Shown here one piece after another: positions 12,220 to 22,439 of a DNA stretch of 64,000 nt. The stretch spans positions 510,405 to 574,404 of the forward strand of contig NW_003314265.1 of NCBI RefSeq assembly GCF_000143415.4. Reading direction: 5' to 3'. The DNA comes from Selaginella moellendorffii (lineage: Eukaryota > Plantae > Lycopodiophyta). Position 1 is the stretch's first letter; each line of letters opens with the position of its first letter. The position numbers and the translations under genes are program-made. The notes under the pieces were generated by a model. That model saw nothing but the letters and a program-made list of their open reading frames with translations. It was not told the origin of the DNA and ran no database searches.

Positions 12220-15200
12220 ATGGCGCTCCGGGGCGGGAGCTTCTTCGCCGATAAGCAGCCCTCCTTCTCTTGCGATGGGAGATTTCTTCTCGTGTGCACT
12301 GGATGCACGGTCTCCGTCCTCAGCGTCGCGACTGGACTCCGGGTAAGATCCTACTTGCATTTCTCTTTCGCTGCTGCTAGACTTCGAGGAATGCGTGATC
12401 CAGGTCGCGGAGCTGCAAGGCCACACCGATAGAGTGACGAGCATTGTCGTGGTTAAAGGCCTGGAAGAGGCCAAGTCCGTGCTCACACACGCTTGGACTT
12501 CGTCATGGGACAAAACCATTCGGCTCTGGAACTTCACGACAGCGACACAGATCACAGTGATCGACGTTGGCTACAAAGTAGTGTCTATGGTACGCGAGCA
12601 GCACGAAACTCTTTCCTCTCTATGTTCTATTGAGATGAAGTGAATTTTTCCGGTGATTTCAGGTGATCCCAGGAGCATCATCTACGCTTTCTGATGACAA
12701 GGGTGTTGCGTTCTTGTCCGTTGCGTGGGACAAAGAAGTGATAACTTCGAATGTCCAAGCTGAACAAGAACAAGAGTCAGAGTCAGATGAAGAAGAGTCT
12801 GAGTCAGATGATAAAGAAGAATCGGGAGGAGAAGAAAAGATGGGAGGCGAAGCAGAAACCAAGATCCCAGACACAACAGTCATTCGCAAGACAGAATTTC
12901 GAGGCTACACTGGTCGAGTCTTACTACTTCATATAGCTTCGCAGAAAACGGTGGAGGGGCACTTGGCAAAGGTTTGTTTTCTCAGAAGTTTGTTTTGTTT
13001 TGCTAAGTTTTCTACTTTCCAGACGAGTCTTCCGCGGGTACTGGTGGCAAGCCGCAAGGGGAGCTTCGTTGGAATGGCTGATTCAGCGAAAGTCTGGGTA
13101 TGGAAAGTGCCTGCTCCCAGTGTTGGCTATTGTTCGGAAGTTCAAGCGACGGTATTGCATCCATGGCAACCTTTAACAGTTATGGCTTTCGATCCTACCG
13201 AAACCTTGGTAGCGGCTGCTGACCGGCGGGGACTGATAACAGTTTGGAAAAACGTAGGAGAACGAACGTTTTATTCGAGCGACTATCGTCGAGGAAAGTC
13301 GGACAGTGGACGGGCAGACGCTAACGATGATGCCGAGTCGAGGACAACATACCATTGGCATCATAAAGAAGTGGCATGTTTGAGCTTTACCGCCGATGGC
13401 TCATATTTGCTATCAGGTGAGTTTTTTGCATTAACTTGTAGTTTTCCTGATCGCTTTATATACACAGGGGGACGGGAAGCGGTTTTTGTCATGTGGCACC
13501 TTGAGACTGGGAACCAACGGTTTCTTCCGCGCTTAGGAACTCCATTCAGATACATCACTAGCGCTCCTGATCCATCGGTGTTTGTGGTATGATGTTTAAG
13601 TTTCTCCATTGGCTTTTGTTGCTTACGTCTGGAGTTGCAGCTTTCCATGGCAGACAATTCATTGAGATTTCTAAACATTGGCAGCATGAGAATGGATCGC
13701 GTTATCTTCGGGATTAAGGTTGATATTGTCGTTATGATGCTAGTATCCTAACACCAAGTTTGGTGTTTGCTTTTTTTCAGCCTTATGTTACTTGTCCAGA
13801 TACTCTTGAATGGTTAAATGTCACCAAAGTGGCTCTTCATCATGTCCATGGGACCGTAGCTGTGCCTACAGCAAATCTCATAGTCCAATTTTACGATGTC
13901 CTCCTCGACAAGCACGCAAATCAGGTATGCCAAATTCTCAAATATAATGTGCAGAACTTTTACATGCAGTTATGCAGATTCAAGTGTCACCAAGAAATTT
14001 CGTATCCTTCGATCACTCGAGGGGTGATTTTGGACAATCGGTAAGCTTTACTTTTGTCAAAAGACTCTTATTAACTGTAGATTGTCATCCTAGACGGTGG
14101 TTACACACGTTGCATTTTCAGTGGATGCCTCAGTGATGGTCACGGTTGACCTCAGAGTTGCAGAAGCCGGTGTCGGCGGAGGTTCTTTTCTAAAATTTTG
14201 GACAAAAAGTTCTGAGCACATCCCCTATACTCTACACACTAGCGTTGATAGTCCCCATGGGTACGTATGTTCCTGCTAATCCGTTAGTACTTTTTTGAAC
14301 TTGAGTTTTCTAGTGGGGAAGTGTTGGCTTTAGCATATCATCCCTCGAAGAACATTGCTGTTACGTGCTCCCGAGCCAATGATTTCAAGGTATGTCTTTG
14401 TAGTTTTCTGCGTGGATACTGATACTCGCCTTTAAAGTTATGGGTTCAAACGAAAAACGAGAGCAAGGACACCCACAACTGGCGATGCAGCGCAACTGGC
14501 TCCTACAAGTAAGCTTGATACGACATATTAGCTTTCTTTCTCTGAACCGTGTGATTTAGGCAGAAACGCATGCATGCAGCAGCCTTTTCGCACGATGGAA
14601 CTCTACTTGCGGTAGCTGCTGAGGAACTCATCACTTTGTGGAATCCTCTATCCAACACTCTTGTCTGTGTATTGAGTATTCCAGGTGCATTCCATGAGGT
14701 ATTGCTTTTTAGCTTCGCGTCTTCATTCTTGAAATGTCTTAACTTCCTTCGAACAGGTTGTGGGAATGTTATCCTTTGTTCCGAAATGCCCGTACCTCAT
14801 TTCTGCATCATTCGGCAAGCAACCTCAGCTAACTGTGTGGAATTTGTCTACTCTTTCCGTATGGTGGTCTTACCAAGTCGAGGTCGAAGGTAATCTTCTG
14901 TTGTCAGCTGATGGTTTCCTCAGACAACTTTATTAACAGGCATCACTGTGGATCCAAACGGCGGACACTTCGCAGTCCTCGCTTCGAGCCACACAAAACG
15001 GTATCATAAAGGAGGTGCTGAAGTTAAACGCAATGGAACCGCTCAAGTGTGCCTATTTAAGCCAGAAAGTCCGCTTCCAACCTCAGTCTGGAACTTTAAA
15101 GATGTAAGTGCGCGGCGCTGTGCGGCCTTATGCAACTAAACATATCCTTTTCTTGCAGGGCATTGGTGGTGCTCTCCTGTTCCTCCCTCCAACGGAGGAA

Positions 15201-15596
15201 GTGAACAAGGCCATCAACGCAAGCTCTTCCGAATCCAAGCTACTTATCCTCAACAAACACCGGGAGTACGTTATATTCGATCCATACTCGGAGTCCAACC
15301 CAAAGCCTGCTTCCAAAATCGCGGCCAATGCCGCAATCGAAGATGGTAAGCTTATCTCTTTCAGCATTTATCTCTCTCTCACTCTCGAGCCATCCTTCAC
15401 AGCTCTCGACACATTTAACGCTATGTATCTCACCACAAACACGTCCAAACCAATCGCCCAACACGATCAACTTAGCAAAATCACGTCAACACAGCCTTGG
15501 GGAGATCTCCTCAACGCGCCCTCTCACGTCCTACCATCGCTCACCGACATCGGCCAACAAATCTTGGAGAGTTTCCTGCAAAAGAAGGCACAGTGA
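12220..15596 (+). CDS. WDR75: WD40-repeat protein WDR75/UTP17/NAN1 (SSU processome t-UTP)
   Basis: PSFSCDGRFLLVCTG, LQGHTDRVT, TTYHWHHKEVACLSFTADGSYLLSGGREAVFVMWHLETGNQRFLPRLG, C-terminal APSHVLPSL..LESFL. Confidence 0.88.
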
Positions 15597-15689
15597 AGAA
15601 CACAAAGAACACGAAGAACACTCGGGACTTTTGTTTCGACAAAAGGAAACATCTCCTTTTTCTCTTATTCAATAGCAATGCTGGATCCA

Positions 15690-17210
15690 CTAGAGCGACG
15701 GGACTGCCTGGTGGTGAACCAAATCCTTCCCAGCGAAGGGAGTCGTCCACTCCTGGCTGGTCAAGTCGTCCGGCGAACCACGGTAACCAGACTGCTGTCG
15801 ATTCCATCCCTCGCTTCTAACCATGAAGCTCCGTGGCAGCGAAGAACTCAAGCCAAAGCTCGTCGCCGGCTTCGCGAATGGAGACGGTGGTATGCCCGTG
15901 CTCCAGTCTATCGTGTGGTAGTCCACGCTCCGGGCCACCGGGATGTCCCAGCTATCGGAAGGATTGCTCGAGTTCCCAGCACTCCACGGCGGATGGATCG
16001 ACTGCGCCGGAGGAGCGACCGAGAGCGACGCCGGTGCGAGCTGCTGTAGTGGATGAGGATGGTGTAAACTCGTTGGAGCGCCGTGCTGGTGATACTGGAG
16101 TTGGTGGTGGTGTTGCTGCTGCTGCTGCTGCTGTTGAGGGGACTTTATCAAATGGGGCTCGTCCAGGCGTCGAAAGCGTTGCAGCATGGCTTGCTGGTGG
16201 CTGGGATGAGAATTCCTCCAGTCGGTGATGATGTCCCGCTCCCTGCTCTGCTGCTCCAGAAACTTGAGCGCCGGGTCCAGCCTCGCGGCGGCGGCGGCGG
16301 CACTGACAGAGCTCAGCGAGTGATGGAGGCTGCTTGCCCCGCGTTGCCACACCGGAGGTGGCGGGAGAGGCACGGCCCTCAAGCCAGGAGGAACTGGAGC
16401 TGGAGCCGGACTAGCAGATGGCACCACCAGTTGACTTACGCGAGCCTCCGCGCTTTGCAGTTTTGTCTCCGCCACCTTCGAAGCTTGCAGTTCCTGCCGC
16501 TGCGGCGCCGCTGCCACCGGCTGTCCATTGTGATCCCGCAGCCACTTGAGAGCAGCATCAATGTCGCCCTCGCAGGCCACGATGGCGCGCTCGATCTCGG
16601 CCAGAGGATAGCCGTGCCGCGTCTCGATGTCGGCGAGCCTGGCGAGCTGGTCGGATATGTCGAGCTTGAGGCTGGCATTCCTTGGCAGCGTCTTTGGGAT
16701 CTCGCCGTCCTCGAGCAGAAAGGTGATGGACTTCTCCATGTCGCCCTCGTTGAGGATGAGAGCCATGGTGGCGCTCTCGCAAGAAAAGCCCATGGGGACG
16801 AGCTGCTGGGCGAGGCTGTCGAGCTTGCGGGACATGAGGTAGCTAGCGCACCGCTCCTTGAGTTCCTTGGTCTTGCGCTCCTTCTGCCGCTGGTGCTTCT
16901 TCTCGTTCTTGAGGCGGATCTTCTCCTGCTTGTCCGGGGAGGCGTCGAGTCCCGGGATGAAAGCTCGCTCCTTAGACGGGAGCTGGGACTGGTCCTCCGA
17001 TTCGCCCGAGCAGCTGCCGTTGTTGGAGATGGAATCAAACTCGGAGGCCGCGATGGAGCTGGCGTCGTCCAGGTGCTTGGGCAGCTTGGGCTCGAGCGCG
17101 TCCAGCAAGTGGAAAGTTCCAGCGGGAGTGGCCAACGAGGAGCTGCTCTTGGACGATGGCGATGGCGACGACTTCCATTGCTGCCTGGCGGTGGGAGCTT
17201 TCCGTGGCAT
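15690..17210 (-). CDS. UBA-domain protein (plant ubiquitin-associated family), single coding exon
   Basis: SNNGSCSGESED, KQEKIRLKNEKKHQRQKER..ERCASYLMSRKLDSLAQQLVPMGFS..ATMALILNEGD, EIERAIVACEGD, C-terminal EWTTPFAGKDL; first true ATG at 17210. Confidence 0.85.
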   Translation of the reverse strand: MPRKAPTARQQWKSSPSPSSKSSSSLATPAGTFHLLDALEPKLPKHLDDASSIAASEFDSISNNGSCSGESEDQSQLPSKERAFIPGLDASPDKQEKIRLKNEKKHQRQKERKTKELKERCASYLMSRKLDSLAQQLVPMGFSCESATMALILNEGDMEKSITFLLEDGEIPKTLPRNASLKLDISDQLARLADIETRHGYPLAEIERAIVACEGDIDAALKWLRDHNGQPVAAAPQRQELQASKVAETKLQSAEARVSQLVVPSASPAPAPVPPGLRAVPLPPPPVWQRGASSLHHSLSSVSAAAAAARLDPALKFLEQQSRERDIITDWRNSHPSHQQAMLQRFRRLDEPHLIKSPQQQQQQQQHHHQLQYHQHGAPTSLHHPHPLQQLAPASLSVAPPAQSIHPPWSAGNSSNPSDSWDIPVARSVDYHTIDWSTGIPPSPFAKPATSFGLSSSLPRSFMVRSEGWNRQQSGYRGSPDDLTSQEWTTPFAGKDLVHHQAVPSL

Positions 17211-18082
17211 TGTTTCCTCCCCTTGTTTTTTGAAATACCTGCGCAAAGCCAACGGATTTCATCATGCAGAGCCCTAGCGACTTCCATTCTCTATCCAGGC
17301 AATCGCAATCGCAAGCTCGCAACGCAGCAGAGCAGCAGCTCAAGAAAGCTCGAGCTCGCGCATTGGCATTTCTATCCCAGCCGCCGCTGCTGCCGCCGAC
17401 GAAAGAATGCGGCGATGCTGGAGGGAGAGGAAATCAATCACAATCGCAGAGCGCCGCGGCATACCTCGTGAGCCCTTCCTCCTCTGCGCGAACAATAACC
17501 CTAAGCCCGCGCCTAAAGCTCCAGGAGGGCGCAAAGAATGCGAGGAGAGTGTGAGTGTTCTGTGAGCGTACTAGGGTTTCCAGCTGGGAGCCGTCCCTTT
17601 CGGAGCCAGAGGTCGTATCCACCGTCGATTCCGACAAAACGTTTCCGTCCTTGCTGGCACCATCCCAGCCGCTGATGTGCAAGCGCCTGGCCGACGGTGG
17701 CGATCGATCCCATCCCACCCCTAAATAGGCGCACTGAAGCAAGAGCTCTCCTCGCTTCAATGGCGCCGGGCGCCCACGCAACAGGCTGCGAGGATCAAAT
17801 GTCGTGAATCTGGTATGGTTTCTCTCCCCGCCTCGCCGCTCGCATTCGCGAGATCTATCGTACCATGGCTTAGGGTTTTGCGATCGCGATTGTGTGGGCC
17901 GATCGGATGATATTTCGTGGGTTTTCCAGCAGCGCGGAGCTGTTTTCGATCGACACCAGCGTCCTCTGGGAGCTCTTATGTGATGTCAGTAACAGAGGGT
18001 CTCATTGAAGATAAAGCGGATCAAAATAATGGGGTGGCAGTGGTCCCCATATCCACCACCACGGACCACAGCCCAGGATCTC

Positions 18083-19210
18083 ATGGACAACCGGATGCTC
18101 GAATTCTATCTAGAGTTCGCAGGCAAGTTCTCTCTTTTCTTTGCTTGATTCTCATCCTTTTCTTTTCCCAGATATTGTTTCCACGGACGATTCTCAAGAA
18201 AGAATCAAGGCGCGTTTGAATGCTCTCTTCGCGTATGCGGATTCACGAGCTCTGACTGGGTATGCGAGTCTTTCTTTTCACTCGTTCGTTCCTTGTGTTA
18301 ATTCGTCGCAAGGTTTCAGCCATACCTCTCTCGATGGTCTGCGCCAGCTTGTTAACGATTTGCACTGGGAGGTATGAAGCATCGCCAGTGAGAATAGCCG
18401 CGCTTAACCCCTCGCAATTTGCTGCAGCTCTTAGATGCTCGCCGGTTTGGAACGTTCTACCGTTTTGTGTTCTTCATGTGCCGGGAAAAGGGTCAGAAAA
18501 GCCTCAGTAAGTGTTGTGTTGTTGCGTGCTGCTGGATGGTTTCTCACTCAGTTATTCTTCCTGTCAGCTGTGAGCATCGCGGTGGATGCTTGGAGGCTGG
18601 CCTTAACCGGGCGTTTCAGGCTGCTCGACCAGTGGTGCGAGTTTGTGCGAATGCACCATCGCCATGCTATTACCGAAGATACCTGGCGACAAGTCCTGGA
18701 GTTTAGTAGGGTGGTGCACGAGGATTTGAGCAATTACGATCCAGAAGGTAGAGAAAAACTTCGCGCTTCGCGTGCTCTGATCTAACTAACGTAGCTGCCG
18801 CTCCAGGTGCTTGGCCTGTTCTTGTCGACGAGTTTGTGGATCACATGTACAGGTAACACACTGTAGTTCTCTTGCTGGAAAAGAATGGCCGTCCTCACAA
18901 AATCCTCCTGCTTTCAGAAGCTCGTCATGCTCTTGCATTGCGGAAGCCTGCGCTTGCGATCCGAGTGCAGTGCTGAGCTCTTCGGAAGTTTTGGATGCTA
19001 CCTCTCAATTGAACCGAGCGAATACACTACCAGGCAAGAAAACTCGCTCCCACTATGATGTCTAAAGATCTATCTCTCTTCACAGGTATGGCTGCTACCG
19101 CCGGTAGTAAGAGGCGGAGGAAAGACACGAACGACGAGGTGTCTTTGTCGCGGCATTTGAAGCGTCTACTGCTGGAGAAACCTCTGCTCATGTCCTCCGG
19201 TGGGTTTTGA
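18083..19210 (+). CDS. AAR3: DCN1-like (PONY/cullin-binding) protein, AAR3 type
   Basis: [79 protein letters not shown], C-terminal KRRRK NLS; the model needs two GC-AG introns (18123-18171, 19034-19085). Confidence 0.85.
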
Positions 19211-19310
19211 CAGATGAAAGCTTTGTAGTAGAGAAATTCTTTTCAATGTATAGTGGTGCCCGAGCGAGCGATGATTCTTTTTGGGCATAGCATTCTTGTG
19301 ACCGAAAAAC

Positions 19311-19533
19311 ACGTGACAATAATATTAATCTTACTGGTGATCTAGACTCTATTCAAGTCAAAGTCTTGAGTCCTCTAATATGAAAGTTCCAAACAACTCT
19401 CTATATTTCTTGGCTAGCAAGTTGCGTGACAATAATATTAATTCTCACTTGTGATCTAGACTCTATTCAAGTCAAAGTCTGGAGTCCTCTAATATGAAAG
19501 TTCCAAACTCTCTATATTTCTTGGCTAGCAAGT
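19311..19533. repeat. ~113 bp direct tandem duplication
   Basis: cgtgacaataatattaat...gtgatctagactctattcaagtcaaagtc..gagtcctctaatatgaaagttccaaac..tctctatatttcttggctagcaagtt occurs twice in a row. Confidence 0.9.
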
Positions 19534-19624
19534 TAGGATGAAGTATATAATGTGTGCCCTAAGGACATACAAAGGAACGGAACGAGAATTTCTTTCATTG
19601 GCAGCAGGCGGAAACAGCACCAAT

Positions 19625-19822
19625 ATGGACAAACAACAAGAGGTTGCTAAGGTCGATTGTTTTGGATGGATGAGACAATGGAAATTCAAAGTAGCAAGTA
19701 AGGTGGAGAATTCGCAAGATTGGAGCAAGACTATGGAAAGCAGCAGTGAGTCAGAGAAAAAGAAAAAGGATGCAATTGTCATTCCTCACTTCTCTTCCTC
19801 GCCAAGACTTCCACTCCTGTAA
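19625..19822 (+). CDS. Small ORF family member A (65 aa): MDKQQ..CFGW..AIVIPHFSSSPRLPLL
   Basis: Shares CFGW and the C-terminal AI(V/I)xPHFxxSxRLxxL motif with the diverged paralog at 21046. Confidence 0.5.
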   Translation: MDKQQEVAKVDCFGWMRQWKFKVASKVENSQDWSKTMESSSESEKKKKDAIVIPHFSSSPRLPLL

Positions 19823-20134
19823 TAGTAGAGAAAAGCTTCCAAATTGTTTGTTCTCTGTTTTAAGATCTGGTACTCAGGATATGTTGGTCAAGCTAGGCAA
19901 CATCGTATCCATTTCCAGGACACTTCTTTTGCATGCCGAGTCATTTCTTACGGAAAGTTTTTCAGACAAGGATTGAAAGCAACAGAGCGTAGAAAATCTG
20001 ATTCAGCCTTCACGCACGAATACCATATCCTTTCTTCTCTCCAATTTGTAACTGGCTCAATGAAGTCAGTGCTTTGGATGGAGGAGTAGTCAAGCCCACA
20101 CAATCTGAGTCCTGTTGATTGCCCTCACAATATC

Positions 20135-20305
20135 CAGAAGCTCGTCGTGCTCTTGCATCGCGGAAGCCTTCCGAGTGCCGTGATGAGCTCTTCGGAAGTT
20201 TTGGATGCTGCCTCACAATTGAACCGAGAGGCAGAGGAAAGACACGAACGACGGTCTTTGTCGCGGCATTTGAAGCGTCTACTGCTGGAGAAACCTCTGC
20301 TCATG
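20135..20305 (+). pseudogene. Duplicated fragment of the AAR3 last exons (internal deletion spans the last intron)
   Basis: cagaagctcgtcgtgctcttgcat...gagctcttcggaagttttggatgct...gaaccgag|aggcagaggaaagacacgaacgac...ctgctcatg matches 18915-19192. Confidence 0.8.
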
Positions 20306-20402
20306 GGTTTTGTTGTTGTAAGACAATAATATGAAGCGAATTCTTTTTTCCACTGTTGTGATCTAGACTCTATTCAGATACAAAACGATCATTGATTTTG
20401 GA

Positions 20403-20580
20403 ATGGCAGCAGAGTTCAAGGTGGAAACACGGACGAGAGCAACAAGAACGAGACAATGGAAATTGAAACAAGTAGCAAGCAATTTGAGCAAGACTATGAA
20501 AAGTAGCAGTGAGCCAGTGAAAATGAATAACGATGCAATTGTCACTTCTCTACCTTGCCCAGACTTCCACTCCAGTAATA
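20403..20580 (+). pseudogene. Degenerate small ORF family member B
   Basis: MAAEFK..RQWKLKQVAS..SKTMKSSSE..DAIV matches member A; CFGW lost and C-terminal motif frameshifted. Confidence 0.65.
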
Positions 20581-21045
20581 GGCTTCTAAATTTTTTATTT
20601 TTTGTAATGAAAATAAAATCTGTCATCTTGAACATCTGAATCTGTTCTAAATTTTGGTAGTCCATTTCGTGTGAGGGATGTGATCCTCCCAAAAGCATGG
20701 AAATGTAAGATATCTCGATTGAATACTGGACGTTAATCTTTTCAATCACATTAAAATTCTAATTAAAACTGCACGTGATAATTTTGCCCTTTGAAACTTT
20801 CAAGATATGTCATAACATCACATCCCAACACATTCCAGGACACTTCATTTGCATGCCGTGGTGTGCAAGGAAAGTCTCGTGGAAAGCCTGGATATAAAAC
20901 ACAGAGGATGGGAAGCTTCACTGTCAAGAACTCGTAGCAACACAGTGTAGAAAATATAATTCCAGGCTCCAGGCACCAGGCACCAAGTGCATAGCAATTC
21001 TGCAAATTCTTCATTGTCGATTCTCCATTTTGTGATTGGAAACCC

Positions 21046-21267
21046 ATGGCTCAAGTTCATGCTGCGGAGTTGAAGGGCAATCAACAGGAGCTCAGTCCTA
21101 ACAAGCGCATGGGCTGTTTTGGATGGAGGAGTAGCAGCAACAAGACCAGCAAGATCAAGCCCAAGAAGAATGCCCAAGTCTCAGATGGGAAGATCAAGGA
21201 GAGAAAACAAAAGCAAGCAATAATTGTTCCACACTTTGCGACTTCAGCCAGATTGTCAATGCTGTGA
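21046..21267 (+). CDS. Small ORF family member C (73 aa basic protein ending AIIVPHFATSARLSML)
   Basis: Good ATG context (cccATGG), TATA-like AATATAAT ~90 bp upstream, retained intact in the duplicate at 31342; motifs shared with member A. Confidence 0.7.
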   Translation: MAQVHAAELKGNQQELSPNKRMGCFGWRSSSNKTSKIKPKKNAQVSDGKIKERKQKQAIIVPHFATSARLSML

Positions 21268-21473
21268 CATGGATTTGCACAGATTCAAGACTTTTTCCTT
21301 TTCGTCTTGAAGAAGCGAACTTGTAATATATTTTGTTTCATGAATTGAAATCATTCTATCAATTCAAAAAAATCTCTTCAATTGATCACAAAAATGCTTG
21401 TTATCACTTCGCGTGAAGAAGAAGAACTGAGAATGTGGAAAACTTCAGGTTTTAGGGTTTCTACGGCCTAGGT

Positions 21474-21827
21474 ATGAACAAGGAGATGCAAGTGCGAAGG
21501 CGCATCGCGAGCATGTAAGCATCGCAAATGTCTCCTCCATTTTTCTCAATCGCTTGTGCGTGCCAGCTACAACAAGCGCGAGGACAATTTCGCGTCCCTC
21601 AGAGACTACAATGACTACCTGGAAGACGTAGAGGACATCAGTGAGCACTCGTTTCATTCTCTCAGCTGCTCACTCACTTTGCCTTGTAGTCTTCAATCTG
21701 GTCCAAGGCATCGATGTGGCTGAGACGGAGGCCAAGATCAAGGCGTACAATGAGGAAAACTACGAGCAAATCCTCGCATCCAGAGCTCGCAAAGTAAGGC
21801 GTGTTTTCGAGGAGAAACAAATCTTTA

Positions 21828-21888
<61 letters not shown>

Positions 21889-22242
21889 ACACAGGCTGTG
21901 GAGATTAGCACCGCTCTCCAGCAAGAGCAAGGCTTCACTGAAACGAGAGAAGCCATAGAACAGGTAACCAGAAATTCTTTTCCATGGTATTCCAGCGAGA
22001 ATTTGGATCGAAAACAGGGACCGTCTGGAGCGTACGCGCCGGCAGTGGCGGGGATGTTGATGCAGCAGCCAACGAGGCAGCCCGAGCCGATTGGGCACAG
22101 CCTGCTCAACGGTGGCGCGGCCGAGGATCCAGAGGCGCAGAGGATTCGAGAGGAGCGAGCCGCCATCGCCGGGGGCTGGTCCATAGACTGCTGCCACAGG
22201 AGGGATCTCACGGAAGCTTTCTCCAGCTTGTGGGTCAACTAG
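21474..22242 (+). CDS. MAT1: CDK-activating kinase assembly factor MAT1 (plant short form)
   Basis: KEMQVRRRIASI|YNKREDNFASLRDYNDYLEDVEDI|FNLVQGIDVAETEAKIKAY.EEN.EQI..SRARK; C-terminal AAIAGGWS..EAFSSLW; telo-box upstream. Confidence 0.9.
21828..21892. repeat. Compound (CT)n(CA)n microsatellite in a MAT1 intron
   Basis: Directly visible; much shorter in the duplicate at ~31946-31974. Confidence 0.95.
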
Positions 22243-22439
22243 AGACAAGAGAAGAACTGCTGCTCAATGGATGAAGTAGCAGTGTTCTTGAGAGCCAGCT
22301 CTCGTTGGATAGCCCCCTTTTCCATTTTTTCTTCAACTCTTCTACAACTTCTAGGCTCACAATACCATAGCCTTTCATTAGCCCAAAAAGCTGACAAAGG
22401 TAGAACCTACAGAACAGACCGTTTTTCTTTTAAACATTC

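Larger units (their letters stand above)
18382..22281 (+). repeat. Segmental duplication copy 1 (~3.9 kb; AAR3 3' part, small ORFs, MAT1)
   Basis: Colinear, near-identical match to 28666-32246, from tcgccagtgagaatag to gctgctcaatggatgaag. Confidence 0.92.

Noticed and set aside
16083-17471. 462-aa ORF on the + strand
   Set aside because: Antisense shadow of the GC-rich UBA gene; no recognisable motif and no ATG start
19311-19533. Repeat array resembling CRISPR
   Set aside because: Only two adjacent ~113-bp copies with no spacers; eukaryotic context
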